Positions 36,642-46,695 of a stretch of DNA of 64,000 nt are shown here, in pieces (positions within the stretch are counted from its first letter, which is position 1; each line of letters starts with the position of its first letter). The translations under genes and the position numbers were made by a program. This DNA is from an uncultured delta proteobacterium (GTDB taxonomy: Bacteria > Myxococcota_A > Polyangia > Fen-1088): assembly GCA_963782545.1 (NCBI GenBank), contig CAWAKD010000007.1, positions 1,497,310-1,561,309 on the forward strand, given 5' to 3'. Below the pieces are notes generated by a model. The model was not told the origin of the DNA. It saw nothing but the letters and a program-made list of their open reading frames with translations, and searched no databases.

Positions 36642-39600
36642 ATGGGGGATGTCGGGTCGAACCTGGCTGGAACAAAAAGGGTTTGGAATCGGCGCAGCAC
36701 ACGGCTCGCCGCCGCCGTCGGCTTTCTGCTGTTTCAGAATGCCTGCACCGCGGGCGGCTCGGTCAGCCATGAGACATTGCCGACCACGACATCGACCGGG
36801 ACGCAGACGTCGCTGACGAAGAACGACGCGGGAACCCTCATCCTATCGACAGACGCAGCCAAGCTCGATACGCCCATCTGTGTACCCCTCGCCTGCGCAT
36901 CGGCCGCTGGGCAGTACTGTGGAACCATCGGGGATGGCTGCGGCAGGACCCAAGACTGCGGTGCCTGCCCCAGCGATCAGGTGTGCGGCGCGGGCGGACC
37001 CAATATCTGTGGAGGTGGCGCCAACTGCACGCCCAAGTTCACCTGCTCCTTCCTAGGTGGCTCCTACTGCGGAAAGATCGGCGATGGCTGCAACCACCCC
37101 CTCGATTGTGGCGACACCTGCCCCACCCCCGGCTGGACTTGCGAGAACAACATGTGCGTGGGTCCCGCTTCGGTCTGCACGCCGCTTTCCTGTGATACCG
37201 CCGGAGGTGGACGCTATTGTGGCAAGATCAGCGATGGTTGTGGCCGGACCCTGGACTGCGGCGCCGCCTGCCCCAAGACCGGTTGGTCATGCGTGGACAA
37301 CATTTGCAAAGGCGCCCCGCCGTCCTGCACGCCCGTCACTTGCGACACGACGGACGGCGGACGGTACTGCGGCACCATCGGCGATGGCTGCGGCGGGGGC
37401 CTCGACTGCGGCGAGACCTGCCCCAAGGCCGGTTGGTCATGCAGTCATAACGTCTGCGTGGGCGACGCCTCTTGCCCCAAGGTCACCTGCGACACGACCG
37501 GGGGTGGGCGCTACTGCGGCACCGTCGGCGATGGCTGCGGTGGATCCCTGGACTGCGGCGCCGCCTGCCCCAAGGCCGGCTGGTCGTGCAGCAACAACGT
37601 CTGCGTCGGCGGCGCCGCTTGCGCCAAGCTGACTTGCGCACCAGCCGGTGGCAACTACTGCGGCACGGTTGGCGACGGGTGCGGCGGATCGCTCGACTGC
37701 CCGGCCACCTGCCCCACCGCCGGCTGGTCGTGCAGCAACAACGTGTGCGTCGGTGGCGCCTCCTGCACCAAGTTGACTTGCTCGCCTGCGACGGGCGGCA
37801 ACTACTGCGGCACCATCGGCGACGGCTGCGGTAGATCGCTCGACTGTCCGACGACCTGCCCCACCACGGGCTGGTCGTGCAGCAACAACGTCTGCGTGGG
37901 CGGCGCCTCCTGCACCAAGCTGACCTGCGACGCCGCGGGCGGCGGACGGTATTGCGGCAAGATCGGTGACGGTTGTGGCGGATCGCTCGACTGCGGGACT
38001 ACCTGCCCGACCGCGGGCTGGGTCTGTGGCACGGGCAATGTGTGCGTCGGCGGCGCCAACTGCACCAAGGTCACCTGCGACGTGGCGGGTGGCGGGCGCT
38101 ACTGTGGCACCATCGGTGACGGTTGCGGCGGCATCCTCGACTGCGGCACCACGTGCCCGAACGGCGTAACCTGCGGCAGCTCCATGCCCAACGTGTGCGG
38201 TGCCGTAGGCGGCTGCACCGGGCTTTGCGCGCAGGTTCCCGATTGTGGCGGGGACAAGACCAAGACCAGCATCAGCGGCATCGTGTACGACCCGGCGGGC
38301 GCGCTGCCTATCTACGACGTCGTCGTCTACGTGCCGAACGGCACGCTCGATCCCATTCCCGCGGGCCCGGCCTGCACGACCTGCGATGCCACCGCCTCGG
38401 GCAGCCCCATCACCACCACGCTGACCGATGCCCAGGGCCGGTTCAAGCTGACTGGGGTTCCGGCGGGAACCAACGTCCCGCTCGTCATTCAGATCGGCAA
38501 GTGGCGCCGTACCATCACCATCCCCACCGTCACGGCTTGTGTGGACAACCCCGTCGCGGACAAGACGCTCCGGCTGCCGCGCACGCAGAGCGAGGGGAAC
38601 ATGCCCCAGATCGCCATGGTGGTGGGCTTCTCCGACGGGCTCGATTGCCTGTTGCGCCGGGTTGGCATCGCGGATGCCGAATTCACGCCCCCTACCGGCT
38701 CGGGCAAGGTGCACATGTACACCACGCCCAAGGATGGGACCGCCACCAATTTCGACGCCAGCTTGAATGGCGGCGCGGCCTATGGTCAGGCGGACGCCCT
38801 GTGGGGCAGCCCGACCCAGCTCAAGCGTTACGACATGCTGGTGATGTCGTGCGAGGGCACGACGAACAAGGATCTGAAGACCGCGGCCATGCATCAGAAC
38901 ATGAAGGACTACGCCGATCAGGGCGGCAAGATCTTCGGTTCGCACTGGCAGGACGTATGGGTGTGGGCCGGCCCGGCGCCATGGGCAACCGGGGTGATCA
39001 ACTTCCCCATGAATGGCGCCAACATCGCCAACCTCTCAGGCATCCCCGACGGATTCTTGGCCAACATCGACACCACCTTCACCAAGGGGGCGGCCCTGGC
39101 CGACTGGCTGGTGGCCATCGGCGCCACGCCCACGCGCGCGCAGTTGCCTATCAATGGCGGCGAGCACAGCATGAACCACGTGGTTGGGGCATCGACCCGC
39201 TGGATCTACGGCAACGACACCACCAACACCAGCTATCCCGACTGGCTGGTGTACACCAGCTTCGGAACGCCGGTGGAGCAACCCGCCACGGGCACGCCCA
39301 ACTATTGCGGTAAGGTGGTCATGACCGATCTGCACGTCTTTACCGGCTCGGGCAAGAAGCCCTTTCCGAGTGGCTGCGACCTGACCAAGGCCGCCACCGC
39401 GCAGGAAAAAGCCCTCGAGTTCATGCTCTTCGATCTCTCGGCCTGTGTGCAGGTGGACACGGCCCCACCCGTGCCGCCGCCACCCGCGGCGGGCAGCCCG
39501 GCGCCCCCAGCGCCCACATCGCCGCCGGCAGCCCCCCCACCCCCAGCCGCGGCGCCCCCAGCTCCCGCGCCCGCCCCGGCGGCGCCACCGGCCCCTCCGC

Positions 39601-39683
39601 CGCCCCCCGCGGCAGCACCACCGCCTCCCCCTCCACCGCCGCCGCCGCCGCCACCCCCTCCACCGCCGCCACCTATCCTGTAG
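36642..39683 (+). CDS. Giant secreted lipoprotein with 11 tandem ~48-aa eight-Cys repeats, a CarbopepD_reg-like domain, an unknown ~300-aa domain and a polyproline tail
   Basis: GGAGG lies 6 nt before the ATG. The signal peptide is …LAAAVGFLLFQNAC. The repeats follow C[TS]xLTCDxAGGGRYCG[TK]IGDGCGGSLDCGxxCPxAGWSCSNNVCVGGA. A CarbopepD_reg-like segment then follows (ISGIVYDPAGALPIYDVVVYV…TDAQGRFKLTGVPAGTNVPLVIQ). Confidence 0.7.
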   Translation: MGDVGSNLAGTKRVWNRRSTRLAAAVGFLLFQNACTAGGSVSHETLPTTTSTGTQTSLTKNDAGTLILSTDAAKLDTPICVPLACASAAGQYCGTIGDGCGRTQDCGACPSDQVCGAGGPNICGGGANCTPKFTCSFLGGSYCGKIGDGCNHPLDCGDTCPTPGWTCENNMCVGPASVCTPLSCDTAGGGRYCGKISDGCGRTLDCGAACPKTGWSCVDNICKGAPPSCTPVTCDTTDGGRYCGTIGDGCGGGLDCGETCPKAGWSCSHNVCVGDASCPKVTCDTTGGGRYCGTVGDGCGGSLDCGAACPKAGWSCSNNVCVGGAACAKLTCAPAGGNYCGTVGDGCGGSLDCPATCPTAGWSCSNNVCVGGASCTKLTCSPATGGNYCGTIGDGCGRSLDCPTTCPTTGWSCSNNVCVGGASCTKLTCDAAGGGRYCGKIGDGCGGSLDCGTTCPTAGWVCGTGNVCVGGANCTKVTCDVAGGGRYCGTIGDGCGGILDCGTTCPNGVTCGSSMPNVCGAVGGCTGLCAQVPDCGGDKTKTSISGIVYDPAGALPIYDVVVYVPNGTLDPIPAGPACTTCDATASGSPITTTLTDAQGRFKLTGVPAGTNVPLVIQIGKWRRTITIPTVTACVDNPVADKTLRLPRTQSEGNMPQIAMVVGFSDGLDCLLRRVGIADAEFTPPTGSGKVHMYTTPKDGTATNFDASLNGGAAYGQADALWGSPTQLKRYDMLVMSCEGTTNKDLKTAAMHQNMKDYADQGGKIFGSHWQDVWVWAGPAPWATGVINFPMNGANIANLSGIPDGFLANIDTTFTKGAALADWLVAIGATPTRAQLPINGGEHSMNHVVGASTRWIYGNDTTNTSYPDWLVYTSFGTPVEQPATGTPNYCGKVVMTDLHVFTGSGKKPFPSGCDLTKAATAQEKALEFMLFDLSACVQVDTAPPVPPPPAAGSPAPPAPTSPPAAPPPPAAAPPAPAPAPAAPPAPPPPPAAAPPPPPPPPPPPPPPPPPPPIL

Positions 39684-39724
39684 GCGATTCCCCCGCGCAC
39701 TTCACATGCGCGGCGGCCAGGGCT

Positions 39725-41158
39725 TCAGGGACCCACGGGTACGGGCCAGCCATTCGAATCCCAAACCAGATCCGCGATGCGCAGGGTGGCGTTTCCGTTG
39801 CTCATGGCATAGGCGTGATACACGAGATAGGCCTTGGTGCCCACCAACATCACGGACTGTCCTCCTGGCCCCGCCCAGGTTGCGTCGCCTTTGGCAATGA
39901 GCGTTCCACCGCCTTGCATGGCCGCGGTTCCTGCTTCGTCGGCAAAGGGACCGGTGACACTCGTCCCGCGCACGACGCGCATGTTGTAGGTGCTGTTTGC
40001 GCCCTGGCAGCAGGTGTCCCAGGAGGTGAACAGATAGTAGTACCCGCAGCGGCGGATCATGAAGGGACCTTCGATGGCGCCCCCGTTGTTGGGACGCGCG
40101 GCGATTCCGGTGAGAGTCGTGCCGACGCGCGCCCCGGTTTGGTCGAGCTGGATGATCTTAATTCCACCCCAGAAGCTGCCGAACACCAGCCAAGGAGTGC
40201 CGTCCGTATCCAGGACGGCGTTGGGATCGATGGCGTTCCAGTTGTCACCAGTGCTGGTCACATTCGAGCAGATGGTGGCAGAGCCCTGGTCTGACCACGC
40301 GCCAGCATTCAGCGCAGCGCGCGTGGCGTGCCCGATGCAGGACTTGTTCGCCCCGAAGGTAGAGCCGGCATAGTAGAGGTGATAGGTGCCACCGAAGTAG
40401 GAGATGTCGGGTGCCCAGAGGTCGGTGACGCCGGAAACGGCGGACTTCATCCAGTCGGGCGTGCCGAAGGGCGCAGAGGCGCCATTCCAGGTCGTCAAAT
40501 TTGTGGAGGTCTTGGCGCCCAGGCCGGTCTGAAATTCGTAGTAGGTTCCGTTGCTCTCGATCGCGCTCGGATCGTGAGCCCCGAGACTACCACTCAGCGT
40601 CAGCGCCTTCGGCGGGTTGGCGGAATCGTAGACACCGACATCACAGCGATCGGAAGTCGTACCGCCTATGCCGGTCGCGCCGCCGGTCGCCATCGTTCCC
40701 CCGTTGCCCACGCTTCCGCCGACCGCTCTGGTGCCACCGGCGCCTGTGGTTCCACCAGTGGCCGTCGCGCCACCGCTGCTCACCGTTCCTCCCGTCGCGA
40801 TGCTTCCGCCGCTGGCCACCGTTCCACCCGCTCCCGTTGCTCCCCCACGGCCATAGCTCCCTCCGCTGGCGAGCGCGCCACCCGTCTCAGTCGATCCGCC
40901 AGCGCCAACCACCCCTCCCGTGTTCGCGATTCCCGTGGAGCTGCTTCCTCCCGCGCCCGGCGTCCCCCCCGTGGCAGCCGAGCCGCCGGTGCTGCTAGCC
41001 GCGCTGGTGCTGCCGCCGGTGCCCTGAGCTGTGCCCGAGCCAGAGGAAGAACATCCCGGAAGGTGAGCCGCAAGCATCCCGAAGACGAGCAGGGATCCTG
41101 CTAGCCTATTCGCGCGAGCGGCTCCTGGCGGAGAGATCATCGCAATATCGAGCCTCAT
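39725..41158 (-). CDS. Endo-1,5-alpha-L-arabinanase (GH43) lipoprotein with Gly-rich linker
   Basis: GH43 motifs are present (GAHDPSAI, WAPDISYFGGTYHLYYAGS, IEGPFMIRR, GPGGQSV). The lipobox is LPGCSS. The start is ambiguous, with ATGs at 41176, 41158 and 41140. Confidence 0.75.
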   Translation of the reverse strand: MRLDIAMISPPGAARANRLAGSLLVFGMLAAHLPGCSSSGSGTAQGTGGSTSAASSTGGSAATGGTPGAGGSSSTGIANTGGVVGAGGSTETGGALASGGSYGRGGATGAGGTVASGGSIATGGTVSSGGATATGGTTGAGGTRAVGGSVGNGGTMATGGATGIGGTTSDRCDVGVYDSANPPKALTLSGSLGAHDPSAIESNGTYYEFQTGLGAKTSTNLTTWNGASAPFGTPDWMKSAVSGVTDLWAPDISYFGGTYHLYYAGSTFGANKSCIGHATRAALNAGAWSDQGSATICSNVTSTGDNWNAIDPNAVLDTDGTPWLVFGSFWGGIKIIQLDQTGARVGTTLTGIAARPNNGGAIEGPFMIRRCGYYYLFTSWDTCCQGANSTYNMRVVRGTSVTGPFADEAGTAAMQGGGTLIAKGDATWAGPGGQSVMLVGTKAYLVYHAYAMSNGNATLRIADLVWDSNGWPVPVGP

Positions 41159-41572
41159 CTCTTCCAACAGTGACATCGTTCGTCGTTCTCGGCTCACGTC
41201 ATTCACCCGAAGGCACGGCCACCTCCTAGCTCGTCGACGCTGGTGCACCTCGTCAACCCCCTCTTCTTGCGTCAGCAGTGCGCGTCTCGAGCGGGACACT
41301 ATTGGGTCATCCACGGCGGAGTCAATCACGATGTCTGCTACAGTCGTAGAACCGACAGGGCCGCGTAGAGAGCCATGACTGCGGCCCACCGCAGAGGCGC
41401 GCGCCGGCAGAAAGCGAAGAGCGATTTGGGCCGCAGGAAGTGGACAGCCGCTGCAAGCACGACCGCCGCGTCGGGCGCGAGCCCGTGTATCGTGCTAGCG
41501 TGTCAAGACAACTTGAGCTGGCGTGTAGACCCGACGCGAGGGCTTGCAAACCACTAACCCGAGGACACTCCC

Positions 41573-43747
41573 ATGGCACTACTTGGACGCGACACTTTGG
41601 TGACAGGGCCCTTGCCCGATGGCACGTTCTTGCTCGAAACTTTCCACGGCAAAGAGACGCTCGGGACGCCCTATCGCTACGACCTCACGCTTCTCTCGGA
41701 CGACCCCAACATTCCCGTCGACAAGGTCCTCGGCCAGTCGCTCACCGTTCATCTCAAGCTGGACTCGGGCGACACGCGCTTTTTCAACGGCATCGTCACC
41801 TACTTCGGCAAGCTCGGGCTGTCGATGCACCATACTCGCTACGTGGCCGTGCTCAACCCGAAGCTCACCCTCTTCAATCACGCAAGCGATTGTCGCATCT
41901 TCTTCGAAGAGAACGCTCCCGCCCTCGCGAGCGACGTGCTCTCCTTGCGCGGGTTCACGGATGTGGAATCGGGCGCGCTCAAGGGGGACTACCCCACACG
42001 CGAGTACTGCGTGCAGTATCGCGAGACCGACTTCAACTTCATTCAGCGCCTGTTCGAGGAAGAGGGAATCTACTACTTCTTCAAGCACGAGAACGACAAG
42101 CACACCTTGGTATTGGCCGATTCCACGACCGCGCACGCCAAGCAGCCAGGCTACGAGTCCGTCCTCTATTTGCCCAAGGAGCGCAAGCAGGTCCGCGAAG
42201 AAGAACACTTCTGGTCGCTCAGCGTGGCCGGCTCCCTCTACGCGGGAAAGTTCACCGTGGTACGTGGCTACGATTATAGCAAGCCAAGGCCCTCGGCGAC
42301 GCTCGTCGAAGAGAAGACTTCCGTGGCCCCCCAGCCAGGCTCGGAATTCGAGGTGTACGACTATCCTGGCGGACTCTCCGAAAAATCGGCTGCCGAAGCG
42401 GAAGCCGCGGTGCGAGTCGAAGGTGACCACGTCACGAATACCCTCATCGAAGTCGAGGGCAATACCATGGGTCTTGGCGTCGGTAACCTGGTGACCCTCA
42501 AGAAGGCACTGTCTTCGGGCGACGAATCCAATCCATTCTGGAGCGAGGACGACTTCAAGAATGAATACCTCATCACCTCGGCGACTTACACGATCAGCAT
42601 CAATCAGTACGAAACCGGCGACGTGGCCCCTGCCGACGAGCCGTTCAAGGCCACCTACACGCTGCTCGACAGCCGGTCACCGTTCCGGCCGCGGCGAAGC
42701 ACCACCAAGCCCAGGATCGAAGGGCCGCAAACCGCGCTGGTCGTCGGCCCGGCCGGCGATGAGATCTACACCGACAAGTTCGGCCGGGTGAAGGTGCAGT
42801 TCGACTGGGATCGGCTGGGAAAGCACGACGAAAAGGCCTCGTGCTGGGTGCGCGTGGCGCAGGTTTGGGCGGGCAAGCAGTGGGGCGCGATGCACATCCC
42901 GCGCATCGGACACGAGGTGATGGTGGAGTTTCTCGACGGAGATCCAGACCGGCCCATCATCACCGGCCGGGTCTACAACGCCGACAACATGCCGCCTTAC
43001 GCCCTGCCCGGCAACAAGACCCAGAGCGGCATCAAGAGTCGCAGCAGCAAGGGCGGTTCGGGCAGCAACTTCAACGAGCTCCGCTTCGAGGACCTGAAGG
43101 GCCAGGAAGAAATCCACGTCCAGGCGGAGAAGGACCTGAGCACACTGGTCAAGAACGACGAGACACGCGTCGTCGGGCACGACCGGGCGAAGGAGGTCCA
43201 GAACGACGAGACCTCGACCATCCGGGGAAATCGGACCGAAGAAGTCGGTAAGGATGAGACCATCACCATCCACGGCGGTCGCAGCGAAACCGTGGACAAG
43301 GACGAATCCATCACCATCTCGGGCGGCCGAACCGAGTCGGTCAGCAAGGACGAAAGCATCACGATCACCGGCGCCCGTTCCGGGTCGGTCGGCAAGAATG
43401 AATCCATTTCCATCTCAGGTGCTCGTTCCGAGTCGGTGGGCAAGGGCGAAACCATCTCCATTACCGGCGCGCGGCAGGTGGATGTGGGCAAGGCCGACCA
43501 GCTGAACGTCGGCGCCGGCAGGAAGCAAACCATCACCGGGGACGATCTGGTCACGGTCAGCAAGAAGATTCTGTTCGATGGCGGCGACGAAATCATGCTC
43601 AAGAGCGGCGACGCCAGTATCACCCTGAAGAAGGACGGCACCATCATCCTCAAGGGAAAGGACGTCTCGATCACGGCATCCGGCAAGATCAACGCCAAGG
43701 CCTCCGGCGACGTCATCATCAAGGGCAGCAAGGTCAGCAAGAACTGA
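41573..43747 (+). CDS. vgrG: Type VI secretion system spike protein VgrG
   Basis: The gp27/gp5 region is canonical (VRVAQVWAGKQWGAMHIPRIGHEVMVEFLDGDPDRPIITGRVYN). A C-terminal beta-helix/DUF2345-like end follows (SGDASITLKKDGTIILKGKDVSITASGKINAKASGDVIIKG). Confidence 0.9.
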   Translation: MALLGRDTLVTGPLPDGTFLLETFHGKETLGTPYRYDLTLLSDDPNIPVDKVLGQSLTVHLKLDSGDTRFFNGIVTYFGKLGLSMHHTRYVAVLNPKLTLFNHASDCRIFFEENAPALASDVLSLRGFTDVESGALKGDYPTREYCVQYRETDFNFIQRLFEEEGIYYFFKHENDKHTLVLADSTTAHAKQPGYESVLYLPKERKQVREEEHFWSLSVAGSLYAGKFTVVRGYDYSKPRPSATLVEEKTSVAPQPGSEFEVYDYPGGLSEKSAAEAEAAVRVEGDHVTNTLIEVEGNTMGLGVGNLVTLKKALSSGDESNPFWSEDDFKNEYLITSATYTISINQYETGDVAPADEPFKATYTLLDSRSPFRPRRSTTKPRIEGPQTALVVGPAGDEIYTDKFGRVKVQFDWDRLGKHDEKASCWVRVAQVWAGKQWGAMHIPRIGHEVMVEFLDGDPDRPIITGRVYNADNMPPYALPGNKTQSGIKSRSSKGGSGSNFNELRFEDLKGQEEIHVQAEKDLSTLVKNDETRVVGHDRAKEVQNDETSTIRGNRTEEVGKDETITIHGGRSETVDKDESITISGGRTESVSKDESITITGARSGSVGKNESISISGARSESVGKGETISITGARQVDVGKADQLNVGAGRKQTITGDDLVTVSKKILFDGGDEIMLKSGDASITLKKDGTIILKGKDVSITASGKINAKASGDVIIKGSKVSKN

Positions 43748-44181
43748 CCTGCCAAGGGTTCGGGGCAGGTGTTTGGCGCCGACCGTCGGGCGAGTTTGCC
43801 TGTGGCCAGCGCCCGGGCCAGTTTGCAGGCATCACCGTGGTCGGGCGCCAACGCATCGTCCGAGGCGCAAGGACCGGTATCCGGTCCTTGCGACCACGCC
43901 CGATGCACACCCTTCGCTCACGCTGCCACGGCAAACCCCTTCCCATCCGCGACGCCCCGAAGCACCTTGGTGAGGTTGAGGCCAAGGCCAAGCGCTGATT
44001 GCGGAGTGCCATCGGCGTCATCAAGAACAGAACGGACGGTCCTTGACGTCACGGCGTCGACGTATCCTTTGGCAGCTGCGGGCTACGCTAGGTAAACTGC
44101 GTCGGATGATCGAGACAGGCATTTCAGAGCGCGGATGGGGGGCGCCATATGGGGCCTTCCTGACGTGCAGGTAACTCTGCC

Positions 44182-45336
44182 ATGAACCTAGCCGTCACCC
44201 AGGTCGGAATGGTCTCGGCGCTAGGGCTGGACGCCAGAACCAGCTGTGCAGCTGCGCGCGCCGGTATGGTTCGGGTAGGTCCGCTCGACGCCTTTCACAC
44301 CACGGATCCCGAAGCCGGCGAGGCCGTCCCCATCGTGGTCCATCAAGTTGCGCCTCTTACTCGCGGCCTTTTCGGCCTTACGCGACTCCTTGTCCTGGCA
44401 CAGGCAGCGTTCGACGACTTGCGTTCGAAGGACTGGATAGAGGGCAGACGCCTCGGCCTTGTCATCGCGACCGCCAGTGACGATGCCATCCGCAGCTGGA
44501 TAGAAACCGCGAGGCAGGACGCCGACGCCGCAGAAGAAGCAGACTGGGAAGAGGAACTGGAAGCCGTCGATGCATACGCCGCGCAAATTCAGAGACACCT
44601 CTTGCCCCGGTTCATGCAGAGGACGAACCTGTCGCCTGCGGTTTCCCTGCTCCTGCGAAGTGACCAACTTGGCTTCCACGAGGCACTCCAGCAGGCGCGT
44701 CGCTGGTTCGATACGGGTGCGTGCGACTGCTGCATCATCGGAGGCGTGGATTCCTACCTCGACCCGCGCCGTATCGAGGCTCTGGCCGGTCTGGGCATGC
44801 TGAAGACCTCCGAGAACCCAGTTGGCATGGTACCAGGGGAGGCCTCATGCTTCATCACCGTGGAAGACGCAGTCAAATTGGGACAAGCAGGGCGCTCCGC
44901 AATCGGACACATTATTGCTTCTCACGTCGCCAAGGGGGGAGCCAACCAGCTACGCAAGGAAGTCGCCGGGGATGCCCTTGCCCTCGTCGCGTCGCAGTTC
45001 CTGGCGTCTCTACCTGATCAGGGCCGTTCGACCGGGCTTTTGGTTGCGAACCTCAACGGCACTGCCCATCGGGCTCAGGAGGTCGGGCAGATGTTTGTCC
45101 GTGCCCTCACGCCCCTCGGTCTGGACCGCAGCCCCATGTGGGTTCCGGCACTGTCCTTCGGAGAGATAGGCGCGGCCACAGGACCGGCTGCGATCGCCAT
45201 GTTTGCGCAGGGAAGAGCACGTGGCTATGTTCCATCAGGGAGTGCTTTGGTTTTCCTCATGAGCGACGACGACACACGCGGGTGTTTCTCCTTCAGCCCC
45301 GAGGTTGGTAATCCCCATGGCCGATCCGCACGTTGA
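44182..45336 (+). CDS. Beta-ketoacyl-ACP-synthase-like (thiolase fold) protein with a degenerate active site
   Basis: A KAS-like N-terminus (LAVTQVGMVSALGLDARTSCAAARAGM) and the conserved GG(V/A)(D/E)S block (ACDCCIIGGVDSYL) are present. No Cys lies at the expected nucleophile position. The 3' end overlaps the next gene start. Confidence 0.5.
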   Translation: MNLAVTQVGMVSALGLDARTSCAAARAGMVRVGPLDAFHTTDPEAGEAVPIVVHQVAPLTRGLFGLTRLLVLAQAAFDDLRSKDWIEGRRLGLVIATASDDAIRSWIETARQDADAAEEADWEEELEAVDAYAAQIQRHLLPRFMQRTNLSPAVSLLLRSDQLGFHEALQQARRWFDTGACDCCIIGGVDSYLDPRRIEALAGLGMLKTSENPVGMVPGEASCFITVEDAVKLGQAGRSAIGHIIASHVAKGGANQLRKEVAGDALALVASQFLASLPDQGRSTGLLVANLNGTAHRAQEVGQMFVRALTPLGLDRSPMWVPALSFGEIGAATGPAAIAMFAQGRARGYVPSGSALVFLMSDDDTRGCFSFSPEVGNPHGRSAR

Positions 45337-46042
45337 CCTCACTGGCAAGCCACAGACTGGGTGGTTCGTCAAGGTATCAGGACAATCTGGCCGTAAGACC
45401 AAGACCTACCGGACAGAGTGCAAGAACAGCGGACATGGCTATGTGGGTAAGCGGTACGAGGCTCACCACATCCTGCCGCAAACGGCAATCGACGAATCGG
45501 TCGAGACCGTGGTGTCGGCGCAGGAGCGGAGTGAGGACTACATCGCAGCCATGAAGTACCTGACGAACTGGGATATCAACAACCCGGACAACCTGATCGG
45601 ACTGCCGCATGTCACGGCGTACATGCTGCTTTACCAGGGCAGCGCGAGGCTCAAGGCCATCGGTGAAGCCAGCAAGCCCTGGGTCTCGGCTTTCCTCGCA
45701 TACGCACTCGCGTCCCGCAAGCGCTGGCTCGCAGCGATCACCGCGAATCCGCCCAGGAACCTGCCTATCCACCAACCTGTCTGCTGGGGACATGCAGCGT
45801 ATAACGATGATGTCACGAGCGACATGGTACTCGTCTGGAAGGGGCTCAACGTGCGTCGGAAGAAGCATGAGCTGACCGCGAAGGATCTTGCCAGCGATCT
45901 CAACAACCTGCAGAAGAAGTGGAAAGGTCATCTGGAGACACGCGGCATCACCAACGAGAAGGCCTGGAACAGGATGGTCAAGGGTGATGACACGGATGCT
46001 CACTTGCCTTTCTGCATGACGGACGTCAGCTCGCCCCTCTAA
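45317..46042 (+). CDS. Putative HNH/EndoVII-fold nuclease toxin of the AHH family
   Basis: It has GKRYEAHHILPQTAIDES…NLIGLPH…HQPVCWGHAAYN. The ATG at 45317 lies 12 nt downstream of GAGG and inside the 3' end of the KAS-like gene. There is no PAAR or other trafficking domain. Confidence 0.45.
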   Translation: MADPHVDLTGKPQTGWFVKVSGQSGRKTKTYRTECKNSGHGYVGKRYEAHHILPQTAIDESVETVVSAQERSEDYIAAMKYLTNWDINNPDNLIGLPHVTAYMLLYQGSARLKAIGEASKPWVSAFLAYALASRKRWLAAITANPPRNLPIHQPVCWGHAAYNDDVTSDMVLVWKGLNVRRKKHELTAKDLASDLNNLQKKWKGHLETRGITNEKAWNRMVKGDDTDAHLPFCMTDVSSPL

Positions 46043-46051
46043 GGAGAACAC

Positions 46052-46663
46052 ATGGACCTCAAGATCCTTGAACCTGCATTCGAAACCGGAATCTGCAAGC
46101 TTGGAGTGCTACAGGGTGTGCCTGACAACGATGAAATGACCTTCGGTGCCTCTCGCGCCGGCAGTTTCCCGGCCGACGCCAGTTTCGTCATGGACAAGAA
46201 GTATCCCAAGGACATCAAGCTGGCCGACATTCTCAAGAACCTGGACAGCGCCGTGGTGGCCTCCGAGAGGCTGAAGTCGTTTCTCGATGGGATCCCTGGC
46301 GCACTCAAGAACAACGAGGTGTATCCGGTTGCGATCATCAATCACAAGGGCCGCAAGGAGAAGGCGCCCTATTTCCTCATCCATCAGGTGAACCGCCCAG
46401 CCGCAGTCGATGGCAACAAGACCGTTGGCGCGAAGAGCAAGGTCATGCCTGACACCTATGTGTTCGTGGAAAAGCTCGTTCTGGATGAGAAGAAGATCGA
46501 TCCCGAAGTGCATATCTTTCGTTTGCACGAGATCCCTGGAAAGGTGCTCGTGCGTGGCGAGCTCGCCAGCAAGATGGCGGAACAGAAATTCACGGGCTTC
46601 AGACTGAAGCCCCTCAGAGGGATATCGGTTCTAGAGCCGGCGGTCGTCGATGGCATCGAATAG
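46052..46663 (+). CDS. Candidate cognate immunity protein (hypothetical)
   Basis: The 203-aa ORF starts 10 nt after the toxin stop. It is Lys-rich, and its GC content looks visibly lower than the flanks. Confidence 0.4.
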   Translation: MDLKILEPAFETGICKLGVLQGVPDNDEMTFGASRAGSFPADASFVMDKKYPKDIKLADILKNLDSAVVASERLKSFLDGIPGALKNNEVYPVAIINHKGRKEKAPYFLIHQVNRPAAVDGNKTVGAKSKVMPDTYVFVEKLVLDEKKIDPEVHIFRLHEIPGKVLVRGELASKMAEQKFTGFRLKPLRGISVLEPAVVDGIE

Positions 46664-46695
46664 ACCCGTCAATCCCGAGGCACTAGGCGGCGAAA

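Noticed and set aside
37437-38945. 502-aa minus-strand ORF opposite the Cys-repeat gene
   Set aside because: It is antisense to the highly repetitive eight-Cys array. It is low-complexity, Ala/Gly/Arg-rich and has no domain features.
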